The notes beneath the pieces were generated by a model. It saw only the letters and a program-made list of their open reading frames with translations, ran no database searches and was not told the DNA's origin. From contig CAIYUV010000236.1 in the NCBI GenBank assembly GCA_903929475.1, forward strand, positions 12,573 through 76,572: DNA of 64,000 nucleotides. The letters are read 5' to 3'. This DNA is from an uncultured Spartobacteria bacterium. Lineage in GTDB: Bacteria; Verrucomicrobiota; Verrucomicrobiia; Chthoniobacterales; Chthoniobacteraceae. Positions 53,031-62,160 of the stretch are shown here, piece by piece. Every line of letters starts with the position of its first letter. Position 1 is the first letter of the stretch. Position numbers and translations under genes: made by a program.

Positions 53031-54034
53031 GGCTGCACTCCCTTTGCACGGAGAAATTCTGCGGCTACCTCGGGCCACACACCGTTCACATGACAACCGG
53101 TCGCCATTTCAAAACCACCGACCGGATGCAATCTCGGCACGATGGAGATGTGCCAGCGGAAATCCTCTTCGAGCGTCGACCATGTGTTCGCGAGCGAGGT
53201 GCGCGAAGGCGCGGTCGTGAGCGAAAGATTCCACGCCGGGTGATCCAGGGCACGATTGAGCTTCGCGAGCGCGGAGCGGAGTGCATCGGCGAGCAGTGCG
53301 ATTTCCTCGCCGTTCACATGATGAAAATCGGGCGACTGCCGCTTTGGCCACACAGCCATTTCAAACGGCGCGCCCGACGCATACGGGCAGAAGACGACGA
53401 AGCCTGCATTCTCATACACGATGCGCAGCGCCCGTCTCTGCTCCTCCTCCAGCAAGTCCGCAAAAAGCGAGCGCTTATTCTTCGCAAAATAATCGCGCGC
53501 CGAGTCCAGCTTGCGCCGCAGCACCGGCGGCACGATTGCCAGCGCCAGCACCTGGCTCACGCTGTGCCCGACCGACTGCCCCGCCGCACGCCCCGTATTT
53601 TTTACCACGGTAAAAGCACGCAACCGCCCGTCGCGCATCAAATCCTCGATGCGCGCCCGCCACGCTCCGACGACTCTTGCAACGTCATCCAGCGGCAACT
53701 CCTCAAAACGCCGATTGCCCGGATCCTCGATCACAATTTCATGCGCGCCGACGCCATCCATATGTTCGTAAAAACCTTCACCATTCTGCGTGTGATCGCC
53801 CTCGACGCGCAGGATGGGCACACGATTCGGCACCACGCGCACCTGCCAGCCAAAGCATCCGCCGTCCTGATGCAGCGAGTGCGAAGCAAACCGCTCCAGC
53901 CCCGCGCGGAACGGACTCGCATCCAACTGCTCCCCCGTCACCGCGCCAAACGCTGGCGGCATCGCGCGGCTTTCGCTGAATACCGTCCACTCCTTCGTAA
54001 GCGGATCGAGTCGCAATTCCGTTTTATCCATCAT
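53027..54034 (-). CDS. galactose-1-phosphate uridylyltransferase-like (HIT superfamily) protein, atypical active site
   Basis: LRLDPLTKEWTVFSESR, GVGAHEIVIEDP, FRWHISIVPRL...GFEMATG. At the expected HPH position it reads GHSVSQ. Confidence 0.75.
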   Translation of the reverse strand: MMDKTELRLDPLTKEWTVFSESRAMPPAFGAVTGEQLDASPFRAGLERFASHSLHQDGGCFGWQVRVVPNRVPILRVEGDHTQNGEGFYEHMDGVGAHEIVIEDPGNRRFEELPLDDVARVVGAWRARIEDLMRDGRLRAFTVVKNTGRAAGQSVGHSVSQVLALAIVPPVLRRKLDSARDYFAKNKRSLFADLLEEEQRRALRIVYENAGFVVFCPYASGAPFEMAVWPKRQSPDFHHVNGEEIALLADALRSALAKLNRALDHPAWNLSLTTAPSRTSLANTWSTLEEDFRWHISIVPRLHPVGGFEMATGCHVNGVWPEVAAEFLRAKGVQP

Positions 54035-54199
54035 CGTTTTCTAAGCTCAGGCTGCGCGCGTGACCAGCGTCTTGATTGGCGAAATGACAAAGGATGGCAG
54101 CGGGCGGGGAATGCATGATGAAGCCGCCTGCACCAGCCCGTGAAAAATGATGCTGCGCGTGAGGTTGTCAGATGAGTGAGGGGCGAGTAGCGTCTGATC

Positions 54200-55330
54200 A
54201 TGTTTGTTGATCACATCAAAGTCCACGCCTGTGCTGGCAAGGGCGGACGCGGGTGCGTCGCGTTCCGCCGCGAGAAATTTGTCCCCGAGGGCGGCCCGAG
54301 TGGCGGCGATGGCGGGCGCGGGGGCGACATCATTTTTCGCCCTGATCCGAACGTGGATAATCTCGTGGAATTTTACTACCAGTCGAACTTGCGCGCGAAA
54401 AATGGCGAGCACGGGATGGGAAAGAATTGCTATGGCAGGGCGGCTGACGATCAAATTTACCACGTTCCCATCGGCACACTGGTGTATCGGATGCCTTACG
54501 AATTTCACGAAGCGGCGGAAGCTCCACGCGGCGCGAATACCTTCATGGATCTTTCCACTCTCAGCGACGAGGAGGCTGAGGCGCTCGAAGGTAAACCCGC
54601 GCCGAAGCCGAAGGTGAATGTTTCGCAACTCGAACTCATCGCCGACCTCACGCAGCCGGGGCAGGACTACGTTCTTTGCAAAGGCGGCAAGGGAGGGAAG
54701 GGGAATGTTCATTTTAAGAGCAGTCGCAATCGTGTGCCCACCCAGTTCACCGACGGAGAAGCTGGCGAGGAGGGGGAGTTTTACATCGAGCTGCGCAAAA
54801 TCGCGGACGCTGGCCTGGTCGGCTACCCGAATGCCGGCAAGAGCACGCTGCTCGGTCGCATTTCAAATGCGCACCCGAAAGTCGCACCGTATCCTTTCAC
54901 GACGCTCACGCCGCACATCGGCGTCGTGCCGGTCGGCGAATACGACCGCATCACGGTTGCCGATATTCCCGGGCTCATCGAGGGCGCGCACGTCGACATC
55001 GGGCTTGGGCACGATTTTTTGCGCCACATTGTGCGCTGCAAGCTGCTCGTCTTCGTCCTCGACATGGCCGGCAGCGAAGGTCGCGAGCCCATCGAGGATC
55101 TCCAAAAACTTCGCAAGGAACTCGATCTTTATGATCCCACTCTCAGCGAGCGGAACTGGATCGTCGTTGCCAATAAAATGGACATCGCAGGCGCGAAAAC
55201 GAAACTGAAGCACTTCAAGACACGCTACAAAAAACTCGAAGTATTTCCTATTTCCGCAGACAGCGGCGATGGCGTGGATGCGTTGAAGGAACGTCTCGGC
55301 CAGCTCGTCCTCGGAACGGCGAATGTGTGA
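54200..55330 (+). CDS. obg: GTPase Obg/CgtA
   Basis: MFVDHIKVHACAGKGGRGCVAFRREKFVPEGGPSGGDGGRGGDIIF, G1 GYPNAGKST, DIPGLIEGA, NKMD. Confidence 0.92.
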   Translation: MFVDHIKVHACAGKGGRGCVAFRREKFVPEGGPSGGDGGRGGDIIFRPDPNVDNLVEFYYQSNLRAKNGEHGMGKNCYGRAADDQIYHVPIGTLVYRMPYEFHEAAEAPRGANTFMDLSTLSDEEAEALEGKPAPKPKVNVSQLELIADLTQPGQDYVLCKGGKGGKGNVHFKSSRNRVPTQFTDGEAGEEGEFYIELRKIADAGLVGYPNAGKSTLLGRISNAHPKVAPYPFTTLTPHIGVVPVGEYDRITVADIPGLIEGAHVDIGLGHDFLRHIVRCKLLVFVLDMAGSEGREPIEDLQKLRKELDLYDPTLSERNWIVVANKMDIAGAKTKLKHFKTRYKKLEVFPISADSGDGVDALKERLGQLVLGTANV

Positions 55331-55407
55331 AGCGGAGAAAGTGACAGTTTGATGGCGAATTTCTTTTCACCCGTGAGTAGCATCGCTATACCCGCGATGT
55401 TCACTGC

Positions 55408-55920
55408 GTGATTTTTCTCTACATCATCCCAGCACTCATCGCCGGAATTGGCGTCGGATTTTGGCTCGCCAGCCGTCGTTGCACTCGCGGCGAAGACCCC
55501 ATCCGCAAGCACCCGGCAGGCATGGAAGAAAGCGACCCATATCGCCTCTGCGAAACTGTATTTACCAGCGCGGAGGCCGCATTTTTCAACACACTCCGCC
55601 CGCTCATTCCTGGAGGACACACGCTTCTCGCGAAGATCCGCTTCGCGGACATTCTCGCCGTCACCTACGGTGCTGGCGACCGCGGCCTCGCTCATGCGCG
55701 GGCGGGTTCACGGAGCATTGACTTTCTCATCTGCGACACGGTCCATCTGCCACGGCTCGCAATTACGCTCGGCGAAGGCGACGATTCGAAGAGCAGCGAT
55801 TTTATCCGGCGCGTGTGCGAAAAAATCGGCCTCCCTATGATTCGTGTCCCCGCCCGGCAGCACTATACTGCAGAGGAAATGAGCGCGTTACTTTCGCATT
55901 TTCCGGCGGTTCAGGTGTGA
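55408..55920 (+). CDS. DUF2726 (NERD/PD-(D/E)xK-like) domain protein with N-terminal TM
   Basis: 170 aa with a TM (IFLYIIPALIAGIGVGFWL), then SAEAAFFNTLRPLIP...LAKIRFADIL...IDFLICD. Confidence 0.7.
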   Translation: MIFLYIIPALIAGIGVGFWLASRRCTRGEDPIRKHPAGMEESDPYRLCETVFTSAEAAFFNTLRPLIPGGHTLLAKIRFADILAVTYGAGDRGLAHARAGSRSIDFLICDTVHLPRLAITLGEGDDSKSSDFIRRVCEKIGLPMIRVPARQHYTAEEMSALLSHFPAVQV

Positions 55921-56080
55921 TTTTTCCAGCTCCATTGTTGGAAATTTCCTTTGTGACAAACGGGTGTGAAATGTCTTCTGCACAGCATTTGTGACGATCT
56001 TGAACCAATGATGTTTCTGGAGCGTAAAATAAGTTATTCACAATTACTTCACAGTTGATTCCGGTTCCGTTTCTCCCCCT

Positions 56081-56905
56081 ATGTCTCCCATGCAGCAAAA
56101 GCATTTTCGCACAGGCTGGATCTCGGACATACATCTCGGAACACGTGGCGCGCAGGCAGACGCCCTGCTCGATTTTCTGCGCGAGCGGGAATTTGAAACG
56201 CTCTACATCGTTGGCGACCTCATTGATGTATGGAGCCTCCGCCGTGGTCTCTACTGGCCGCAGGCGCACAACGACGTCATCCAAAAACTCCTACGTATCG
56301 CGCGAAAAGGCACCCGTCTCATCTATATCCCCGGCAATCACGACGAGTTCGTCTCATCGTATCACCACGATTTCGGCAACATCACCATCCAACCCCGCGC
56401 CATCCACACCACCGCCGACGGGCGCCGCCTCCTCGTCATCCACGGACATGAACTCGATACTGTCGTGCAAGGCGCCCAGTGGCTCGCGCATATCGGCGAT
56501 GTCGGCTACCAGTTTTTGCTAAAGCTGAACAGTCCCATCAATTTCATCCGACGCCGTCTTGGGTTGGGATTCTGGTCGCTCAGTGCTTACGCAAAACGCA
56601 AAGTCAAAAGCGCCGTCAACTACGTCGGCAAGTTCGAGGAGGGCATTGTTCGTTTTGCGGATGACGCGAAAGTTCAGGGCGTCGTTTGCGGACACATCCA
56701 CGTCCCGGTCATACGCTCCATCGGCTCCACCACCTACTACAACTGCGGCGACTGGGTGGAAAGCTGCTCCGCACTCGTCGAACACGCCAGCGGACAGATC
56801 GAACTCCTCACAGACCAGCATACGCCAGCACGGATCATCCCGCTCCCGCCTGTATCCTCGTTTGAGGAATTTGAAGAAGTGGGCCGACGCATGGCTGGCA
56901 GGTAG
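56081..56905 (+). CDS. LpxH-like metallophosphoesterase (UDP-2,3-diacylglucosamine diphosphatase family)
   Basis: WISDIHLGTRG, YIVGDLIDVW, IPGNHDE, IHGHELD, CGHIH. Confidence 0.75.
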   Translation: MSPMQQKHFRTGWISDIHLGTRGAQADALLDFLREREFETLYIVGDLIDVWSLRRGLYWPQAHNDVIQKLLRIARKGTRLIYIPGNHDEFVSSYHHDFGNITIQPRAIHTTADGRRLLVIHGHELDTVVQGAQWLAHIGDVGYQFLLKLNSPINFIRRRLGLGFWSLSAYAKRKVKSAVNYVGKFEEGIVRFADDAKVQGVVCGHIHVPVIRSIGSTTYYNCGDWVESCSALVEHASGQIELLTDQHTPARIIPLPPVSSFEEFEEVGRRMAGR

Positions 56906-57025
56906 ATTGTTTTTGGAAAGACGCGGATTTTTTCAGCGCCGCCTAAGTCCATTGTCAAAGTCACCGTTTACAGACGCGGGACTCTGCCTACCGTGCTTTT
57001 GCCGGGCGCGAGTTCGGCCTAGTAT

Positions 57026-60000
57026 ATGATCAAACTGTCCTCGCAAAAACGATCCGCTTTCATTGAGGCTTTGGAGTCGCGTATCGTGCTCTCGGCGACG
57101 CCGCTTTCGGTCGCACGCGCTCTTGATTTACCGGAAGGCACGCCCGTTTCCCTCGATGGTGACCCCGCAGAGTTTGCTACACTAACGCTCGGTGCAACGG
57201 GGCAGTTGCTCGGTTTTCCAAGCGGTGGCGACGGCGATTTTCTCATCCTCAGCACAGGTATCGCTTCGCAGGTGACGAGCGTCGGGAATACTTCGAGCAA
57301 TCAAGGCACAGACCTAGGCATCCCCGGCCCGACTGGCGACTCTGCTGCGGTTTCTTTCACATTGCCGGTGCCCGCAGGCGGTGAGCAGCGGCTGAAAATT
57401 GATTTCATGTTCCTCACAGAGGAATACCCCGAATATGTCCATGCCGGTTTCAACGACACGTTCACCATCAGCATCAACGGGACGAACTACGCGAAGGACG
57501 AAAACGGAAACCTCGTCACCGTGGACAACGCCTACTTCACCGGCGAGCCAGCGCCGGGAACCTTCTTCGACGGACGCACCAACAAACTCACGCTCACCTA
57601 TGTCGTGCCAGACGGCGTCACGTCGCTGAACGTTGAGATGCGCATCAGCGACCTCGGCGACGGCGTGCTCGATTCTGCCGCGCTGGTTGACAATGTGCGC
57701 TTCGAGACACCGCAGGTCGTTTATCTCGATTTCGACGGAGCCACGATTGCGAATCACTTCGGCCCCGGCATCACTGGAACACTGCCGGCATTTTCTGCTG
57801 CGGATATCGGCTCCACGGACACCACTGAAAATCTCATCGCCTCGCTCGTTGCCAAATTGCAATCGAAGTATTCGTTCTACGACGTTCAGTTCACGACATC
57901 GAAACCCGCCGCCGGGGACTTCACCACTCTCTACGTCGGCGGCGACAACGGCATCCTGCTCGATATTTCCGGCGCGAGTCCGCTGCTGAAACAGAACTTC
58001 CCCGGCACGAGCGTCCCGCTCCGCGATTTGTTCGGCCTCGGCGCGGATTCATTGCTCGGTTTCGCAGGCACTCCCGATGTCGGCAACCTCGACCGCAACG
58101 ACCGCGCAGTGATTTTCTCCGGCGAGTTCGACAATTTCTTTTCAAATGCCACACCCGACGAACGGCTGGACCAGCTCGCCATCACGCTCGCCCACGAACT
58201 CGGCCACAACCTCGGCCTCCGCCATGTGAGCGATGCTGCCGCTGGCGACATCATGAAACACACCGCGCCACGCGATTCAGGCGCGGTTTTTGGCAACACC
58301 CTGCTTTCCCTCGATGAACAATGGTCCGATGGGGCGACGGATCAAAACGACGACGCCTATCTCAGTTCCATCCTCGGCAAAAGCAGCGGCACCGGTCTTT
58401 CGCAAAGCATCGTGGCAAGCACCGGCTACTTCGCGCCGAAAGTTCCGCACACGCTCTACAACGCCACCCTTTCCATCGGCAGCAGCCAGCCCGGCAGCGC
58501 CCCCATCCAGTTTCATTTCGATAAGCTCGACGGCACGCAAAACATCCCGCTGCCCACGCTTTCCTCGGACGCTGTGTTCTCCCTCGCAGCCGCGTCCAAA
58601 CTTGGCGGGACGATTGATGTTTTCAGCGGCGCACCGACAACCGGAAAATTGAGCGCAGCAAACTCGGATACACCGCTCTTCGACGCCGGCGGCCATCTGC
58701 ACACCATCCCGCTTGCGAAAGAAGTGTCGGGCCACTTTACCAGCTACGGTCTCATGCCGCTGGTCGCCAACCATCTCGGCGAGGTGACGCTCATTCCTGG
58801 AAAAACGCGGACGTTCACCGATACCGATGGTGATAAATACACCGTGAGTCTCACCGGCCCCGGCCTCATCGGTTACGTGTTCGACGACCTGGATCACAAC
58901 GGACGCGGAGGCCTCGCACGCATCTCTCTCGATGACACGAACAGCGACACCAGCATCCTGTCCGTCACAGTCGAGCGCGGTGCGCATGGAGACGGGAGTG
59001 TAAAAATCGGTTCGATTACCGGAGCGTCAGGCGCGGGATTGAAAATGCTCTATACACCGGCTGCGGACATCAGCGGCGGCGGCGTGTCTTTCAGTGGAGT
59101 CCTCGGCTCGGTGACAGTGCGTGATCTCACCGATGGTGCGGACTTGCTCAGCGGCAGTGGCGACGGTGTGAAGACGAGCGTGCGCGCTCGCAACATCGGC
59201 GACGGCTCGGACATCTCCATCGGCACGAGCTTGTTGCTTTTCAAAGCGGCACGCCTCGGCAATTCCACGCTCGCCGCGCCTTCGCTCGACAGTCTCGTCG
59301 TCAGCGGGGAATTCGCCGCGCAACTCGATATCGGCGGGCTTCTCACTGCGTTCAATTCGGGCGATGTGCTCGGCACAGCTCACGTCACTGCGGGCGGCTC
59401 GCCATTTTCGCCGACCACACTCGCGATGCGCGTGGTGAATGACGGAGCCACTTTCGCGCTCGCCAGCGCCATCACCACGCTCAAGGCCACCCGCATCGGC
59501 GACGCCTCGTTCAGCGCGGAGCGATTCGACAGCGTCACAGTCACCGGCGACGTGGGCGGCGACTTTACTGCCGATGACAAAATCACTTTCTTCGCCGGGC
59601 GCGACCTGCTCGGCACTGCCAGCATCATCGCCCAGGGTTCATCATCCGACACGGCATCGTTCACTTTCCACGAAGTGAAAACCGGTGCGGACATCAACGT
59701 CGGCAGCAGCCTCGCGCTTTTCAAAGCGGCGAAAGTTGGCGGCGCCACATTGCACGCGGCATCCATCGCCTCGCTCCTCATTACGGGCGATACGCGCATC
59801 GGCATCGCTGGCGATTTCGACGCCGCGCTCACGCTCAGCGGCGGCGATGCCTCGTTCAAAAATGCACTCACCAGCGCCAGTATCGCGGGTGGCGTCCACG
59901 GCGCGAACATCGTCAGCGATTGCATCGGCACATTCACCGCCCGCACCATCGCCGATAGCAGTGTCTTTGTCGGCTACACACCAGCCGACGCTGCGCATCC

Positions 60001-60265
60001 ATTCGACGGTGGTGTGTTTTTCGATGGCAGCAAAATCACCATTTTCACCATCCGCTCCGGCCAGTCCGCGTTCAGCAACACATTCGTCGCCGCCAAAAAC
60101 ATCGGCATGATCAGCGTGGCCAGCCTCGACACCGATAATGGCGGAACATCCTACGGCTTTCTCGCCGACACCGTGCCGACGAAGGTCGTCATCCCCGGCT
60201 TCGTCTATCACAAGACCGGTCCCGCCGATCAGTCGCTCGGCGATTTCCACGTGAAGGTCGTGTAG
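57026..60265 (+). CDS. large secreted zinc-metalloprotease-like protein with repeat-rich C-terminal half
   Basis: 1079 aa. N-terminus ...FIEALESRIVLSA. A choice-of-anchor-L-like block (FLILSTG...LKIDFMFLTEEYPEYVHAGFNDTF). HExxH site LAHELGHNLGLRH (HELGH at 58193-58207). About 75-aa imperfect repeats from about 59.0 to 60.0 kb. Confidence 0.8.
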   Translation: MIKLSSQKRSAFIEALESRIVLSATPLSVARALDLPEGTPVSLDGDPAEFATLTLGATGQLLGFPSGGDGDFLILSTGIASQVTSVGNTSSNQGTDLGIPGPTGDSAAVSFTLPVPAGGEQRLKIDFMFLTEEYPEYVHAGFNDTFTISINGTNYAKDENGNLVTVDNAYFTGEPAPGTFFDGRTNKLTLTYVVPDGVTSLNVEMRISDLGDGVLDSAALVDNVRFETPQVVYLDFDGATIANHFGPGITGTLPAFSAADIGSTDTTENLIASLVAKLQSKYSFYDVQFTTSKPAAGDFTTLYVGGDNGILLDISGASPLLKQNFPGTSVPLRDLFGLGADSLLGFAGTPDVGNLDRNDRAVIFSGEFDNFFSNATPDERLDQLAITLAHELGHNLGLRHVSDAAAGDIMKHTAPRDSGAVFGNTLLSLDEQWSDGATDQNDDAYLSSILGKSSGTGLSQSIVASTGYFAPKVPHTLYNATLSIGSSQPGSAPIQFHFDKLDGTQNIPLPTLSSDAVFSLAAASKLGGTIDVFSGAPTTGKLSAANSDTPLFDAGGHLHTIPLAKEVSGHFTSYGLMPLVANHLGEVTLIPGKTRTFTDTDGDKYTVSLTGPGLIGYVFDDLDHNGRGGLARISLDDTNSDTSILSVTVERGAHGDGSVKIGSITGASGAGLKMLYTPAADISGGGVSFSGVLGSVTVRDLTDGADLLSGSGDGVKTSVRARNIGDGSDISIGTSLLLFKAARLGNSTLAAPSLDSLVVSGEFAAQLDIGGLLTAFNSGDVLGTAHVTAGGSPFSPTTLAMRVVNDGATFALASAITTLKATRIGDASFSAERFDSVTVTGDVGGDFTADDKITFFAGRDLLGTASIIAQGSSSDTASFTFHEVKTGADINVGSSLALFKAAKVGGATLHAASIASLLITGDTRIGIAGDFDAALTLSGGDASFKNALTSASIAGGVHGANIVSDCIGTFTARTIADSSVFVGYTPADAAHPFDGGVFFDGSKITIFTIRSGQSAFSNTFVAAKNIGMISVASLDTDNGGTSYGFLADTVPTKVVIPGFVYHKTGPADQSLGDFHVKVV

Positions 60266-60273
60266 CCCCGCGG

Positions 60274-61704
60274 CTAGTCCGCCCTGTTCAAACGCGGGTC
60301 GTCTTTTTCCACGCCATTGTTCCAATATTTTTGCATCTCTTCCGGCGTTGGTGTCTTGAGCGGGCGGATGACGCGGAAGCCGAGGAACTGCGCGTCGGTG
60401 TGATACCAGATGCTCTTCGGGAGCTGCGGGTCCTGTCGCTTCCATTCCTTTGTGCTCGCGCGGCGCGCGGCCACACGCAGCGCGGCTGCATCTTCATCAT
60501 CCCAAGAGCCGCCGCGCGCGACGTGCGGGTAGGGGAGCGTCGCTTTATTCCACGGATTCGCAGCGGGCATCTTTGCGTAGTAAGCTGGTTCGTATTGATC
60601 GAGCGTCCACTCGCACACATTGCCGAGGATGTCGTAAAGGCCCCACGGGTTCGGCTTTTTCTTGCCGACTTTCTGATACTTGAAATCGCTGTTCTTCCCC
60701 CACCAGCAATACTCGCCAATCTTCGACGCCTCATCGCCCCAGAAATACGCCGTCATCGTGCCCGCGCGCGCCGCGTATTCCCACTCCGCCTCGGTCGGCA
60801 GGCGGTAAAAATGCCCCGTCTTCGCGCTGAGCCACTGGCAATATTTGTTCGCTGCGTGCTGTGTCATTGAGATCGCCGGATAGCCATCCGTTCCCATCCC
60901 GAAGCTCATTTCCACGTAGGGCTGCGTCGGGTGCGACACCGAGTCCGTGAGCGTGTTCAGTTCCGCAGGAAGGCTCTTTGCTACGCGCGCTTTCTTTTCC
61001 TCCTCGGGATACATGAAGAGAAGGAATTCATTCCAAGTCACCTCGCACTTGCCCATCCAGAAAGGCTCCACGCTCACTTCCTTCTGCGGTCCCTCGTCCG
61101 CCTTGCGACCCTTCTCGTTTTCGGGCGAGCCCATTTTAAATTTTCCGCCGGGAATCGGCACCATGTCGAATGTCACATCCGAACCCGTGATGGTTCCCGT
61201 GTAGGGCTTCATTTCGGCCTCTGTTTTTTCCTTCGTCGTTGCAGCGATACGCTTAGCGATGTCTGCCACCACCAGCACTTCGTTCTTTCCGCTCGCTACT
61301 TCTTTTTTCCGGGCCAGAAGCGTCACGCCATCCGGCCACTTCGCGCCTTCGTTGATCCACGCCTTCAAAATTTCCGTCTGTTCCTTCGTCAGTCGTGCGC
61401 TCGATCCTTTTTTGATCTCCTCCATCGGCGGCATCAGCTTGTCAGCGTCGTCCGCGAGAATCGTCGTCTTGTAGAGCTTGCTCTTCGTCGCATCGCCGGG
61501 GACCACCGTCTTGCCGCGAAAAGCCTTCTCCTTCGTGTCGAGTTCCACGCTCGTGTCGCCCTTCTCCACCGCCGATGCCTTCGGGTTGTGGCAGCGCACG
61601 CAGTTGTATTCGAGAATCGGCTGCACATCTTTCACGAAATCCACGGCGGCGCTGGCGCTGATGGGAATAAGGATGGACGCGGCGAGGATGGCGGTCTTGT
61701 TCAT
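60274..61704 (-). CDS. PSCyt1 cytochrome c domain fused to formylglycine-generating enzyme (SUMF1/FGE) domain
   Basis: 476 aa from the ATG at 61704. Signal MNKTAILAASILIPISASA. DFVKDVQPILEYNCVRCHN haem site. FGE block (FWMGKCEVTWNEF, YRLPTEAEWEYAARAG, NPWGLYDILGNVCEWT, RGGSW). The track ORF extends to 62076. Confidence 0.85.
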   Translation of the reverse strand: MNKTAILAASILIPISASAAVDFVKDVQPILEYNCVRCHNPKASAVEKGDTSVELDTKEKAFRGKTVVPGDATKSKLYKTTILADDADKLMPPMEEIKKGSSARLTKEQTEILKAWINEGAKWPDGVTLLARKKEVASGKNEVLVVADIAKRIAATTKEKTEAEMKPYTGTITGSDVTFDMVPIPGGKFKMGSPENEKGRKADEGPQKEVSVEPFWMGKCEVTWNEFLLFMYPEEEKKARVAKSLPAELNTLTDSVSHPTQPYVEMSFGMGTDGYPAISMTQHAANKYCQWLSAKTGHFYRLPTEAEWEYAARAGTMTAYFWGDEASKIGEYCWWGKNSDFKYQKVGKKKPNPWGLYDILGNVCEWTLDQYEPAYYAKMPAANPWNKATLPYPHVARGGSWDDEDAAALRVAARRASTKEWKRQDPQLPKSIWYHTDAQFLGFRVIRPLKTPTPEEMQKYWNNGVEKDDPRLNRAD

Positions 61705-61725
61705 GGAATGATTTTGTTCAGTGGA

Positions 61726-62160
61726 ATGAGGGCGTGCGTTTTCCAGTTGAGTGCCGCACCCGTCAAGCCCTGCGACAATCGCGTTGACGCCCGCCTTCTT
61801 AGCAGGAATCCACGGCGCGTGGCCGAAACGCTCTCCATCCACTACGTCTGCCAGCGCTGCACCAACTGCTGCCGCTGGCCCGGCGTCGTGAAAGTGAACC
61901 CCGACGAAATCGCCGCCATCGCCGCTCACGTCGGCATGGGCGAGGACGAATTCATCCAGCGTCACACCCGTCTCCGCCCCGACCGCCGAGGACTTTCCCT
62001 TTTGGAAAAAGAAGACGCCTCCTGCGAATGGCTCCAAGGCCGCGATTGCGCGCTCCAGCCCGTCAAACCCCGCCAATGCCGCGCCTTCCCCAACGACTGG
62101 AACTTCCCCGGTTGGCGGGAAAAATGCGAAGCCGTGCCGACGTTGGTGAGGGCTGATTAA
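61726..62160 (+). CDS. YkgJ-family (CxxCxxCC) zinc/iron-chelating cluster protein
   Basis: The C-terminal 144 codons of track ORF 60931..62160 lie outside the FGE gene and contain CQRCTNCCRWPG, ...ASCEWL..., CALQPVKPRQCRAFP. The start is uncertain: ATG at 61726 or a downstream GTG. Confidence 0.65.
   Translation: MRACVFQLSAAPVKPCDNRVDARLLSRNPRRVAETLSIHYVCQRCTNCCRWPGVVKVNPDEIAAIAAHVGMGEDEFIQRHTRLRPDRRGLSLLEKEDASCEWLQGRDCALQPVKPRQCRAFPNDWNFPGWREKCEAVPTLVRAD

Noticed and set aside
60931-61725. N-terminal 265 codons of track ORF 60931..62160 (+)
   Set aside because: They are antisense to the well-supported FGE gene. Only the last 144 codons, outside that gene, carry the YkgJ CxxCxxCC signature.
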